Assembly: GCA_039922645.1 (NCBI GenBank)
Contig: JBDTEE010000151.1
Location: forward strand, 1-41,578
Length of the DNA stretch: 41,578 bases
Direction: 5' to 3'
From: Solirubrobacteraceae bacterium
Lineage (GTDB): Bacteria; Actinomycetota; Thermoleophilia; Solirubrobacterales; Solirubrobacteraceae
In this document: piece after piece, positions 28,499-38,451 of the stretch
Layout of the letters: each line of letters begins with the position of its first letter
How positions within the stretch are numbered: position 1 is the first letter of the stretch
The notes under the pieces: model-generated
The model's database searches: none
Told to the model about the DNA's origin: nothing
The model's input: only the letters and a program-made list of their open reading frames with translations
Program-made: the position numbers and the translations under genes

Positions 28499-29329
28499 AT
28501 GGATAACTCCTCTACTCCGCCCGGCCACTTCACCAACGATTCCATGATCCGCCGTGTCCAGCGCGAACGGGCGGTGGCGCTGGCCGGGCCGCGGGCGCTG
28601 CTCATGCAGGCCGCTCATCCATTGGCGGTGGCCGGCCTGCTCGCCCACTCGGGATCACTCGACGATCCCTACGTCCGCCTCGCCCGCACCGCTGAGGTCC
28701 TGAGGTTGATCACGTTCGGTCCCCGGGCCGAGGCCGACAGGATGGCTCGCCGGGTGCGGAGCATGCATCGCAGCGTGAGGGGCCGCCTGCCCGAGAGCGT
28801 GGGCCGCTATCCGGCCGGAACCCCCTACCGCGCCGACGACTCCGCGCTGCTCATGTGGATCCTCTACACGCTGGTCGACTCCTCGATCGTCCTCTACCGG
28901 ACCTACGTGGGTCGCCTCAGTCGCGACGAGTGTGAGCGCCTGTGGGTCGACTACCGGGTACTCGGTCGCCTGTTCGGATTGCGGGTGACGCAGATGCCTC
29001 GGACGCTGGCCGATCTCGAGGCCTACGGCCAGGCCATGCTCGACGGGGACGAGCTCAGCGTCGGCGACTGGGCCCGCCGCCGGGCCCGGGAGATCGTGCT
29101 CGAGCCGCCGGTCCCGACGCTGGCCCGACCGCTCCTGGAAACGGCGAACTTCATCACCATCGCCCTGTTGCCCGACCGGATCCGCTCCGAGTACGGCTTC
29201 GCACCCCTGCCGCCCATCCCCGTGCGGCGAGCCCTGGTGAGCGCCGGAGCGGTGTACATCCGCCGTGGCCTGCTGCCCCTGCTGCCGCCCAATGTGCGCC
29301 AGGTGCCGGCCTCCCGCCGCGCGGCTTAG
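28499..29329 (+). CDS. MpaB/rubber-oxygenase-like (DUF2236) protein
   Basis: GPRALLMQAAHP, RLART, VRSMH..V.G, YRADDSALLMW. Confidence 0.9.
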   Translation: MDNSSTPPGHFTNDSMIRRVQRERAVALAGPRALLMQAAHPLAVAGLLAHSGSLDDPYVRLARTAEVLRLITFGPRAEADRMARRVRSMHRSVRGRLPESVGRYPAGTPYRADDSALLMWILYTLVDSSIVLYRTYVGRLSRDECERLWVDYRVLGRLFGLRVTQMPRTLADLEAYGQAMLDGDELSVGDWARRRAREIVLEPPVPTLARPLLETANFITIALLPDRIRSEYGFAPLPPIPVRRALVSAGAVYIRRGLLPLLPPNVRQVPASRRAA

Positions 29330-29395
29330 GCCGACCCGGAGGAGTAGGTCACAAGAGGGACCCGACGTGGACCCCGCCCGGCTAGCCTGGCGGGT

Positions 29396-30196
29396 GTGAC
29401 CAAGGTCGCCGTCGTAGGGCATGTCGAGTGGGTGGAGTTTGTCCGCGTGGCAGGCTTCCCGGAGCGCGGGGCGGTTACCCACGCTGAGTCCGCCTTCACC
29501 CACGCCGGCGGCGGCGCGGTGGTGGCGGCGGCGGTGCTCGCTGACCTGGGCGCCGAGGTGGACCTGTTCTGCGCCCTCGGGCGCGACGCCAATGGCGAGG
29601 CGGCAGCCGCAGAGCTCACGCGACGCGGCGTGAACGTCCAGGCGGCGTGGCGGGCGGAGCCGACCCGTCGGGTGATCACGCTGCTCGAAACGGCAGGCGA
29701 GCGGACGATCGTCACGATCGGCGAGCGGATTCAGCCTCACGGCGATGACGCGCTGGACTGGGACCGGCTCGACGCGGCCGATGGCGTCTACTTCACTGCG
29801 GGCGACGCGGGCGCGGCGGCCATGGCGCGAAGAGCCGGCGTGATGGTCACCACCCCCCGGGCACGAGCGCCGCTGGCTGAGGGGGCACTCACCGTGGACG
29901 CGCTGATGTTCAGCGCCGGCGACGGCGACGAGGCCCAATGGGCCGCGCGCCTTGAGCCGCATACCCGCCTGATGGTGGCCACCGAGGGCGCCAAGGGTGG
30001 GCGCTGGTGGGGGGAGACGAGCGGTCGCTGGCCGGCTGCCGAGTTACCCGGTGAGCCCCAGGACGATTACGGCTGCGGCGACTCGTTCGCCGCCGGCTTC
30101 ACCCTCGGGCTGGCCCGCGGCCTGTCGGTCGAGGAGGCCGCCGGGATCGGAGCCGAGCGCGGCGCCTGGGCGCTCACGCAGGTCGGCGCTCCCTAG
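29396..30196 (+). CDS. PfkB-family carbohydrate kinase
   Basis: AGGGAV, TEGAKG, DDYGCGDSFAAGF. Confidence 0.9.
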   Translation: MTKVAVVGHVEWVEFVRVAGFPERGAVTHAESAFTHAGGGAVVAAAVLADLGAEVDLFCALGRDANGEAAAAELTRRGVNVQAAWRAEPTRRVITLLETAGERTIVTIGERIQPHGDDALDWDRLDAADGVYFTAGDAGAAAMARRAGVMVTTPRARAPLAEGALTVDALMFSAGDGDEAQWAARLEPHTRLMVATEGAKGGRWWGETSGRWPAAELPGEPQDDYGCGDSFAAGFTLGLARGLSVEEAAGIGAERGAWALTQVGAP

Positions 30197-30201
30197 CGGA
30201 T

Positions 30202-30597
30202 TTACGCCTCCGGCGTGCGCGGCGCGTAACGGTGGTGGAGCATCAGGGAATTCCCGTCCGGGTCGGAGAAGAAGGCCATGTGGCATACGCCGGTGTCGAA
30301 GGTATCGCCGACGAAGTTCACGCCCGCGGCCTCGAGCTGTGACCTCGCCGCCTCCATGTCCTCGACGTGGAGAGCCACCGGGTTGGCGTTGACGTGGTGC
30401 TCCCTACCCATGCGCTCGAAGTTCGCCAGCGACAGGGTCACGTTCCCGGTTTCGAACTCGGCGAAGCCGCGGTCCGGCACGTACGCGGAGCGACGGAGGC
30501 CAAGCGTGTTGCCGTAGAACTCCACCGCCTGGTCAAGATCGCGGATCGGTACGGAAACGAAATCGACTCCGGTCACCAGCTGCTCGACGGTTGCCAT
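30202..30597 (-). CDS. VOC/glyoxalase family protein
   Basis: VPIRDLDQAVEFYGNTLGL..FFSDPDGNSLMLH. Confidence 0.92.
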   Translation of the reverse strand: MATVEQLVTGVDFVSVPIRDLDQAVEFYGNTLGLRRSAYVPDRGFAEFETGNVTLSLANFERMGREHHVNANPVALHVEDMEAARSQLEAAGVNFVGDTFDTGVCHMAFFSDPDGNSLMLHHRYAPRTPEA

Positions 30598-30693
30598 GGC
30601 GGCTCTCCCTGATCGTTGTTCTCGCCTGCGCTGTCGACCCTACACCCGGCTCCTTGGATGGATCCGCGCTCGGCTTTCCGTCCGCACCTTATA

Positions 30694-30707
30694 CGAACAT
30701 GCGTTCG
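30694..30707 (+). promoter_or_regulatory. LexA (SOS) box
   Basis: Perfect CGAAC-ATGC-GTTCG (Gram-positive GAAC-N4-GTTC) overlapping the dinB GTG. Confidence 0.9.
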
Positions 30708-31891
30708 TGCTCAAGTGGCCCACCATAATCCACGCGGACCTCGATTCTTTCTACGCCTCGGTGGAGCAGCGCGATGACCCGACTCTCCGCGGGCGCCCGG
30801 TAATCGTGGGGATGGGCGTAGTACTGGCGGCCAGCTACGAGGCCAAGGCCTGCGGGGTGCGGACGGCCATGGGCGGGCGCCGGGCCTGCGCGCTTTGCCC
30901 CGCGGCGGCGGTCGTCTCTCCGCGCATGTCGGCCTACACCGAGGCCAGCAAGGCCGTGTTCGCCGTGTTCGAGCGCACGTCACCACTGGTTGAAGCGCTG
31001 TCGATCGACGAGGCATTTCTCGATGTGCGTGGTCTCGAGCACATCTTGGGGACGCCTCGTGAGATCGCGATCCGCCTGCGCCACGAGGTGCGAGAGGAAG
31101 TGGGCCTGGCCATCAGCGTCGGTCTCGCCGGCACGAAGTTCCTGGCCAAGGTGGCCAGCGCGGTGGCCAAGCCCGACGGCCTCCTGATCATCCCGCCCGG
31201 ATCGGAGCTGGCCTTCCTGCATCCCCTTCCGGTGGAGCGCCTGTGGGGCGTGGGACGGGTCACCTCCGAGCGGCTGCGCGGCCACGGGATCACCACGGTG
31301 CGACAGGTGGCCCGGCTCGAACAGGAGCAGCTCGTCGCGATGCTCGGCCCGGCCGCGGGGCGTCAGCTGCACGCCCTGGCCCACAACCGCGACCCGCGGG
31401 CGGTCCACCGCCGGCCGCGTCGTCGCTCCATCGGTGCCCAGCGGGCCCTGGGTCGCCGGGGAGGGGATCCCGTCGAGGTCCAGGCGGCGCTGATGACCGT
31501 CGTCGATCGGGTCGCCCGGCGTTTGCGAGCGGCGCGACGGGCGGCGCGTACGGTCGTCCTGCGCCTGCGCTTTGAGGACTTCGTGCGGGCCACGCGCTCG
31601 CGCACCCTGGCTGAGGCGACGACTCGGACTGCCACGCTGTTGCGAGTCGCGCGGGGGCTATTGCGGGACGCCGAGCTGCTGATCCAGCGCCGCGGACTGA
31701 CGCTCATCGGAGTGGCGCTGACCAACCTCTGTGACCAGGACGCCGTCCAGCTGGCCCTGCCCTTCGACCGGATCTCTGAGCTTGATCGGACGCTCGATGA
31801 GCTCCGGGAGCGCTTTGGCTCCGGCGTGATCGCGCGGGCTTCGTTGGTGGATCGCGACGCGGCCCCCTGGGTCCCGCTACTTCCTGACTGA
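30707..31891 (+). CDS. dinB: DNA polymerase IV (Y family)
   Basis: IIHADLDSFYASVEQ, AASYEA, SIDEAFLD, KFLAKVAS..KPDG, LWGVG. Confidence 0.95.
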   Translation: MLKWPTIIHADLDSFYASVEQRDDPTLRGRPVIVGMGVVLAASYEAKACGVRTAMGGRRACALCPAAAVVSPRMSAYTEASKAVFAVFERTSPLVEALSIDEAFLDVRGLEHILGTPREIAIRLRHEVREEVGLAISVGLAGTKFLAKVASAVAKPDGLLIIPPGSELAFLHPLPVERLWGVGRVTSERLRGHGITTVRQVARLEQEQLVAMLGPAAGRQLHALAHNRDPRAVHRRPRRRSIGAQRALGRRGGDPVEVQAALMTVVDRVARRLRAARRAARTVVLRLRFEDFVRATRSRTLAEATTRTATLLRVARGLLRDAELLIQRRGLTLIGVALTNLCDQDAVQLALPFDRISELDRTLDELRERFGSGVIARASLVDRDAAPWVPLLPD

Positions 31892-31905
31892 TGCCCAGCT
31901 CGGTG

Positions 31906-32589
31906 CTATTGACCCCACGGAGGCCCCGGCGGGGTGTCGGGCGCGTCCTCGTAAAGCATGAGGACGATCTTGGCCTCTCTGGGGGCGCCGCGGCCGGTCG
32001 CCGCGGTCGCGCCCGCGTCGCTCGGCGCGACCTCGGCCCCGCTGGCGTTGCCGTCCCGGCCGGCAATCGGTCGCACCGCGGGATCGGCAAGGCGCTGGCG
32101 GCTCTCGGCCTCGATCTCCTGCACTCGGGTAGAGAGCGAAGCCAGCTCCGCGGCCAGCTCGCGCCAGCCCTGCTCATCGACGGTCACACCCGCCTCGCTG
32201 AGGCGAGCCTCGGGGGCGCTGAAGCCGCCGGCGCTGGCCGCGGCGGACACGTGGGAGCCGACCTGGTCCAGCGCCCCGGCTATCGATGCATCTTTCACCG
32301 ACTCGGGCGTGGCCTTCCAGGCCGCATCGGTGAGCGGCGGCCGCACTGTCGCCGTGTAGTAGTGCTCGACCGCCCCACGGCGCGGGACGCGCTGCACCAG
32401 CTTGAGGAAACCGAGAGCGTTCAGCCGCCGGATGTGGTAGCTGAGGACCCCCAGGGGGACGTCCAGCTCGGCGGCCAGCTCACTGGGGCTGGCCGTGCGG
32501 TCTTCAAGCGCGACGAGCAGCCGCGTCCGCAAGGGGTGGGCCAGAGCCTTGGCGACGGTCGGGTCGGTGATGTCGTGAAACGGCTTCAT
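31906..32589 (-). CDS. ArsR-like winged-helix regulator
   Basis: KALAHPLRTRLL..SPSELAAEL..LSYHIRRL..RRGAVEHYY. Confidence 0.88.
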   Translation of the reverse strand: MKPFHDITDPTVAKALAHPLRTRLLVALEDRTASPSELAAELDVPLGVLSYHIRRLNALGFLKLVQRVPRRGAVEHYYTATVRPPLTDAAWKATPESVKDASIAGALDQVGSHVSAAASAGGFSAPEARLSEAGVTVDEQGWRELAAELASLSTRVQEIEAESRQRLADPAVRPIAGRDGNASGAEVAPSDAGATAATGRGAPREAKIVLMLYEDAPDTPPGPPWGQ

Positions 32590-32813
32590 CGAAAAGCGAC
32601 GAACGTCCCAGGCATGAACGGGGCGCGCCCGGTGCGGGCTCCGTCTCCTTGGCGCAGACCAAAAATTGAACCGCGCTTCGGTACTGGGCCGCAAATAATC
32701 GCACTCCGGGCATGCTTAACGGTGCCTCACCGGACGAGGCCTCCTGAGGAAACCACAAACGATCGGGCCAGCGCTCGCCCGAAGTCGCTGGCAGGCCGTA
32801 ATCTGGAGCCCGG

Positions 32814-33929
32814 ATGAGTGGCGAGCGAATCGAGGGCGCCAGCGCTGTCGCGGGGCGGTTGGGTCGGGCTCAGGAAGGGGATGAGGATGCCTTCCGGGCG
32901 CTGGTTGAGCCGCATCAAGGAGAGCTGCACGCTCACTGCTATCGGATGCTCGGGTCGGTCTACGACGCCGAGGATGCGGTGCAGGACGCGATGCTTCGGG
33001 CCTGGCGTGGCCTGCCCCGGTTTGACGGACGCGGGTCACTGCGTTCATGGCTCTACACGATTGCCACCAACTCCTGTTTGGACCAGCTGGGGCGCCGCTC
33101 CAAACGTGTGCTGCCGATGGACTTCGGCCCGGCATCCGATCCGCAGATCGCGCCTGGTGAACCGATCGTCGAGTCCACGTGGCTCGAGCCCTACCCCGAT
33201 CAGGCCTTCGGCCTGCAGGACGGGTACTCGGCGCCCGAGGCCCGCTACGAGCGGCGCGAGAGCGTCGAACTGGCCTTCATCGCCGCGCTACAGCACCTGC
33301 CCGCCAATCAGCGGGCCGTCCTGCTCCTGCGCGAGGTGCTCGGATTCTCGGCCAAGGAGACCGCCGAGATGCTCGACACCACGGTGGCCTCGGTCAACAG
33401 CGCCATGCAGCGTGCCCGGGCAACCGTCGATGAGCGGGTTCCGACGTCCAGCCAACAGGCCACGCTTCGCACACTCGGTGACGAGACGCTGCGCAAGCTC
33501 GTCGACCGCTATGTCGAGGCCTGGGAGCGATGTGACGTGCAGGCGTTCGCCAGCATGCTCACCGAGGAGGCGAGCTTCGCCATGCCGCCGCTGGCCCGCT
33601 GGTACCACGGGCGCGAGGGGATCGCCACCTGGGCCTCCCAGTCGCCTCTGTCCGGTCAGTGGCGCTGGCGAACGCTGCTCACCCGGGCCAATGGCCAGCC
33701 CGCGCTCGGCTTCTACTCCTGGAATGACGAGGCCGGCGCCTACATCGCCTTCGCTCTCAACGTCCTCACCTTCGAGGGGGAATTGATCAGTGGCGTGACC
33801 GCGTTCGTGGCCCGCTCGATCGAGCGCGAGGACAGCGAGGCCTACGAGAACTGGCCTGCCCACGCCGCCGACGATAAGCGCCTGGCCGGGACCTTCGCCC
33901 GGTTCGGTCTGCCCGACCGCCTGAGCTGA
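32814..33929 (+). CDS. ECF sigma factor with C-terminal SnoaL-like domain (SigG-like)
   Basis: HCYRMLGS..AEDAVQD..WLYTIATN; WLEPYPD; LP.NQRAVLLLREVLG; ANGQPA. Confidence 0.93.
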   Translation: MSGERIEGASAVAGRLGRAQEGDEDAFRALVEPHQGELHAHCYRMLGSVYDAEDAVQDAMLRAWRGLPRFDGRGSLRSWLYTIATNSCLDQLGRRSKRVLPMDFGPASDPQIAPGEPIVESTWLEPYPDQAFGLQDGYSAPEARYERRESVELAFIAALQHLPANQRAVLLLREVLGFSAKETAEMLDTTVASVNSAMQRARATVDERVPTSSQQATLRTLGDETLRKLVDRYVEAWERCDVQAFASMLTEEASFAMPPLARWYHGREGIATWASQSPLSGQWRWRTLLTRANGQPALGFYSWNDEAGAYIAFALNVLTFEGELISGVTAFVARSIEREDSEAYENWPAHAADDKRLAGTFARFGLPDRLS

Positions 33930-33974
33930 GCGTCGCGCAGCGACCTTCGAACGCCGATCCCAGGGAGGACCAAG

Positions 33975-34376
33975 ATGAACTGGAAACTCGAGGTGGTGGT
34001 GGTTCCCGTCACCGACGTGGATCAATCGAAACGGTTCTACTCCGAACAACTGCCGTTCGACGTGGACGTGGACTACCGCGCCGGGGACGACTTCCGCGTC
34101 GTCCAGTTGACCCCACCGGGATCGGCCTGCTCGGTTTCGCTGATGCGCGACGAGGGCCGCGCCGGGCAGCTCCGCGGCCTGCACCTGATCGTCCCCGATA
34201 TCGAGGCCGCCCAGCAGGAGCTCTCGCGTGGTGGCGTCAAGGTGGACGGTCCGTTCTTCTTCGAGGATGGCGAGCAACGCCCAGGGCTGCACCCCGAGCG
34301 GGCCGACTACGGCTCCTTCCTTTCGTTCAGCGACCCGGACGGAAATGCCTGGATGGTTCAGGAGGTGCGGGCGTAA
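33975..34376 (+). CDS. VOC/glyoxalase family protein
   Basis: LEVVVVPVTDVDQSKRFY..VQLTPPGS..FSDPDGNAW; SD GGAGG. Confidence 0.92.
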   Translation: MNWKLEVVVVPVTDVDQSKRFYSEQLPFDVDVDYRAGDDFRVVQLTPPGSACSVSLMRDEGRAGQLRGLHLIVPDIEAAQQELSRGGVKVDGPFFFEDGEQRPGLHPERADYGSFLSFSDPDGNAWMVQEVRA

Positions 34377-34860
34377 TGAATCCGACGATGAAGAAGAAGG
34401 GCAGTCCATCCACCATCCGCCCCAGGGTGCGGACCATGACCTGGGGGGTCGAAGCGGCGTGACCATCGAGGTCGACGACCTGGATGCCGAGCATCATCTT
34501 GCCCATCGTCTGGCCAAGCATCGACTCGAGCACGAAGTAGTAGCCCAGGGAGAGGGCACCGAAGACCAGCACCGTGGTCCCGCTGATCGCGGCGGTATGC
34601 GTGGTCACCGGGTAACCGCGCGGGCCGTAGAGGGGCTGCGCGCGGGTGCCGTGAGTGATCACACTCAGGAACCCGAAAACCACGCCCAGCATCAGCCCGT
34701 CGACCATCGCCGCCCAGAAGCGCCGGCCGAGCACGTCGGTGTGTATGTCGGCCGGAGGCGGGGCGCTGGCGCGCCCAAGGGCCCCTGGCCCAGATGACTT
34801 GCTTCCATGACCACGGCGATCGGCACCCACGCTACGGACCTTTAGTATTTTCACCATCAC
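34327..34860 (-). pseudogene. RDD-family membrane protein, C-terminally truncated
   Basis: LGRRFWAAMVDG..GQTMGKMMLGIQVV..RTLGRMVDG; lacks the final QR.GD..A.T.V segment and runs into the VOC gene. Confidence 0.7.
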
Positions 34861-35008
34861 TCCGGAATCCGTCCGGTCAGGGTCGTCACAACTCCATCCA
34901 GACCCGCGGGACGGAAGTAGTTTGCGTACTCGATCGGCGTGCCTGAAGGCTATGGCGCGCTAGGAATAGCTCCACCGGATCGCGGCCAGAGTCAACGGGA
35001 GGTAGGCG

Positions 35009-35551
35009 ATGCAGGAAGCGCGCACAGAAGACACGCCGGCGGGGAAAGTCGTCGCCGATGACGGCTGGTTCATCCTCAATCTCGCCGAGATTGGCTGGGA
35101 CCGCGTGCCGGGGGGAGGCACGTGGTGCGTGTTTGAGTCCCCGGACGCGCGCTCGCAGCGTCTGGGCATCGGGGTGCACGTTTTGCAGCCCGGCGAGAGC
35201 CCCGGCTTCTACCACTCCGAAAACGAGCAGGAAGGCTTCCTGGTCCTCTCCGGAGAGTGCGTGGCGGTGGTCGAGGGGCAGGAGCGACGCATGCGGGCCT
35301 GGGACTATCTGCATTGCCCGCCCGGGACCGCCCACATCACCGTCGGGGCGGGCGATGGGCCCTGCGCGATCCTCATGGTGGGCACGCGTTCGCCCGACCA
35401 CGGCATTCACTACCTCGTCGACCCGGTGGCCGCGCGGCATGGTGTCAGCGTGACCAAGGCCACGGATTTGGCGACCGAGGCCTACGCCGGCCGGCCACCC
35501 TTTGGTCCCTCCTCAGCCCGGAGCCGTTCGCCGGAGGTTGAGTCGGCCTGA
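35009..35551 (+). CDS. Cupin domain protein
   Basis: VLQPGE..YHSENEQEGFLVLSG..HCPPGTAH; SD GGAGG. Confidence 0.9.
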   Translation: MQEARTEDTPAGKVVADDGWFILNLAEIGWDRVPGGGTWCVFESPDARSQRLGIGVHVLQPGESPGFYHSENEQEGFLVLSGECVAVVEGQERRMRAWDYLHCPPGTAHITVGAGDGPCAILMVGTRSPDHGIHYLVDPVAARHGVSVTKATDLATEAYAGRPPFGPSSARSRSPEVESA

Positions 35552-35789
35552 CCGGCCGGCGGCTCGTACGCCTGCGCATCCCCAGCGAAGGACGTCAAGT
35601 CATATCCGGCTGATGCCGACCCGTCCTCTGTGGGGCGGGAGACGATCAACTTCAAAGACACGCCTTGAGGCGTCGCCGGCGCCGCTCGGTCGGCCTCGAT
35701 GAGAGCGGCGCGCCCCGGGACCAGCACGTCTTCAGTCTGCTCCTCGAGGACTTGGCCGCGGCGGTGCCGTTCCGATCTGGGAGCGCGAG

Positions 35790-36455
35790 CTACTCAAGCC
35801 AGCCCGGCCGGACCAGCCCTGTCTCGTAAGCGAGCACGACCAGCTGGGCGCGGTCGCGCACGCCGAGCTTGACCATCGCACGGCTGACGTGGGTCTTGGC
35901 CGTCGCGACGCTGACCACCAGCCGCTCGGCGATCTGCTCGTTCGAGAGCCCGCCGGCCGCCAGCGCCATCACTTCGCGCTCGCGGTCGGTCAGCTCCTCG
36001 AGCGCGGCTGAATTCGGCGGCTGCTTCGCCCGCGCCGCGAACTCGGCGATCAGCCGACTGGTGACCGACGGCGACAGCAGCGCCTCACCGCCCGCGACCA
36101 CCCGCACGGCCTCGATCAGCTCAGCCGGCTTGGTGTCCTTGACGAGGAATCCGGCGGCGCCGGCCCGGATCGCATCAAACACGTACTCGTCGAGCTCGAA
36201 CGTGGTCAGAATCACGATCCGCACACCGTCGAGCTTGCCATCGCTGGCGATCTCGCGCGTTGCCTGAAGGCCGTCGAGCACCGGCATCCGAATGTCCATC
36301 AGGATCACGTCGGGCTTGAATCTGCGTGTCAGCTCGATCGCCTCGCGGCCGTCCGCCGCCGAGCCAACCACATCGATCCCGTCCTGAGCGTCGAGCAGGG
36401 CCTGAAAGCCGGCGCGCACCAGCTCCTGATCGTCAGCCAAGAGCACCCGGATCAT
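35790..36455 (-). CDS. NarL/LuxR-family response regulator
   Basis: LADDQ, LMDIRMP, LTTF, GFLVKD, LTDREREV..GLSN..TAKTHVS. Confidence 0.96.
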   Translation of the reverse strand: MIRVLLADDQELVRAGFQALLDAQDGIDVVGSAADGREAIELTRRFKPDVILMDIRMPVLDGLQATREIASDGKLDGVRIVILTTFELDEYVFDAIRAGAAGFLVKDTKPAELIEAVRVVAGGEALLSPSVTSRLIAEFAARAKQPPNSAALEELTDREREVMALAAGGLSNEQIAERLVVSVATAKTHVSRAMVKLGVRDRAQLVVLAYETGLVRPGWLE

Positions 36456-37681
36456 CGCCCGACCTCCAGCGGCAACGGCAGGTGGGCCCGCACGCGGAAG
36501 CCGCCGGCGGACAGCGGACCCGCGTCGAGCGAGCCGCCGAGGGCCGTCGCCCGCTCGCGCATACCGGCGATCCCGCTTCCCATCCCCTCCCCGGCGCCAG
36601 CCGCGCCCGCACAGCTGTCGGCCCCGCGGCCGTCGTTGTCAACCTGCACGGTCAGCTCGGAGCCCAAATAGGTGAGCGTCACGGTGGCCGCTCCGGCCCC
36701 CGCGTGACGGACGACGTTGGTCAGCGACTCCTGCACGATCCGGAACGCTGCCAGGTCGATGCTGGCCGGGAGCGGCCGCCGCTCCCCGCTGATGTCGAGC
36801 CACACCTCGATCCCGGCCGCCGTCGCGCGCGAAACCAGGTCGTCGAGCCGGTCCAGGCCGGCTGTCGGCGCACGCGGAGGCTGCTCGCCGGTGCCGCGCA
36901 GCACCCCGAGCACCGATCGCACCTCGCGCAGCGCGTCGGCGCTGGCGTCGTTGATCGCCGCCAGGGCGGTCCGCGCCTGCTCGGGCTGCTCGTCGATCAG
37001 GTGCAGCGCGACCCCTGACTGAACGTTGATCAGCGAAATGCTGTGCGCCAGCACGTCGTGCAGTTCGCGCGCGATCCGCAGCCGCTCCTCGTCAGCCTGG
37101 TTTCGGGCCTGGAGCTCCCGCGCCCGCCGCGCCTCCACGAACCGCTCGCGCCGCGCACGCATCCCCTCCGTGCCGGCGAGCAGCACCAGCAGCCAGGCGG
37201 TAATCGCGAGCGCAGCCAGCACCGTCGGCGCTCCGGTGATCCCAAGGGCCACCGGAAGCCACAGAAACGCGACCCAGCCGGCGAGGACCACGACCAATGC
37301 GGCGATCCGGTCGCCGGCCATCGCCGCCGCCACCACCGCGAGTACCAGCGACAGGTAGTTCGCGCCCTGAACGTAGCCAAGGGCCACATACACCAGCGTC
37401 ACGCCGAACACGAACGCCAGCACGGCTCGCGGATGGTGGCGCCGGAGGACCAGCGCCGCCGGGCCCAGCGCCAGCAGCACGTACGCCAGCGCGTCGAGAT
37501 GGCTCGGGGTCTGGCACGACGACGCCCACCAGCAGCTGTGGCCGCCGTGGCCGTGGCGGTGCGCCGAGGACCCGGCGGTGGCACCGATCTGCACCACCGC
37601 GGCAATCATCGCGATGCGGACATCGCTCCGCCGCAGTCCGCCCCGCCACACAGGCCTGAGATTGCTCTGCCAGTTGCTCAC
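36452..37681 (-). CDS. Membrane sensor histidine kinase (HisKA_3)
   Basis: TM helices, ERLRIARELHDVLAH, RIVQESLTNVVRHA, GSGIAGMRER. Confidence 0.95.
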   Translation of the reverse strand: MSNWQSNLRPVWRGGLRRSDVRIAMIAAVVQIGATAGSSAHRHGHGGHSCWWASSCQTPSHLDALAYVLLALGPAALVLRRHHPRAVLAFVFGVTLVYVALGYVQGANYLSLVLAVVAAAMAGDRIAALVVVLAGWVAFLWLPVALGITGAPTVLAALAITAWLLVLLAGTEGMRARRERFVEARRARELQARNQADEERLRIARELHDVLAHSISLINVQSGVALHLIDEQPEQARTALAAINDASADALREVRSVLGVLRGTGEQPPRAPTAGLDRLDDLVSRATAAGIEVWLDISGERRPLPASIDLAAFRIVQESLTNVVRHAGAGAATVTLTYLGSELTVQVDNDGRGADSCAGAAGAGEGMGSGIAGMRERATALGGSLDAGPLSAGGFRVRAHLPLPLEVGR

Positions 37682-37879
37682 AGCGGCACCTTAGCCCCGC
37701 GCGGACGCCGCGTCATCGCCTACCGGGCGCACCCCGCGCTACCACGTAGGGAGTAGCGCGGGCCGCGCCGCTCAGCCCGCAGACGCAGCGCAGAAGCATC
37801 TCCGCAGCCGATGACGCCGGGGCCTGCGAGCGGGACGATGGCTGCAGTCGAAACTACCGGCAGAACCGAAGGAGAAGCT

Positions 37880-38308
37880 ATGTATGGGTACGACGGATAT
37901 GACTACGGCACCACCCCCGACCCGAGCGTGCGCGCCGCCGACGCCGACCGCGAGGCAACCGCGGATCGGTTGCGCCAGCACCACGCCGAGGGCCGGATCG
38001 ATGTGACCGAGTTCCAGGAGCGGCTCGACCGCACGTACGAGGCCAAGACCGTCGGCGAGCTGCGCCAGCTCGTCACCGACCTCCCCCGCGACCCGCAGCC
38101 CGGGCCGTTCGGCCGGGGTCCTCACCTGCGATCGGTGTTGATGGGCCCGTGGATCCCGATCCTGTTCCTGATCATCGCCATCTCGGCGCTAAGCGGGCAC
38201 CATCACGGCGGCCTGTGGGTGCTGATCCCGCTGTTCTTCGTAGCGCGTTTGCTCTTTTGGGGCCACCGGCCGTGGAGCCGTCGTCGCTACGGCAACCCAC
38301 AGGCCTAG
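37880..38308 (+). CDS. DUF1707 (SHOCT-like) domain membrane protein
   Basis: RAADADRE..L..HHAEGRI...EFQERL..AKTVGEL..LVTDLP plus two short TM segments; SD AAGGAG. Confidence 0.88.
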   Translation: MYGYDGYDYGTTPDPSVRAADADREATADRLRQHHAEGRIDVTEFQERLDRTYEAKTVGELRQLVTDLPRDPQPGPFGRGPHLRSVLMGPWIPILFLIIAISALSGHHHGGLWVLIPLFFVARLLFWGHRPWSRRRYGNPQA

Positions 38309-38451
38309 ACGCGGCGTGGCCCGGAGTGGGCTTCGAGCATCTCGAGCACGCAGACCAGCTCGGCGAGCCCGGCAAACCTTCGGGGATCGTGAGGGGTGCT
38401 CGCGGCGATCCGCACGAGCCGGTAACGGACCGTGTTCGGGTGGACGTACAT
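38305..38451 (-). pseudogene. C-terminal HTH remnant of PucR/CdaR-family regulator
   Basis: YVHPNTVRYRLVRIAASTPHDPR; rest of gene absent. Confidence 0.7.

Noticed and set aside
35482-35789. Short minus-strand ORF between cupin and response regulator
   Set aside because: No recognisable motif or start signal and it overlaps the cupin end; may be another remnant but unsupported
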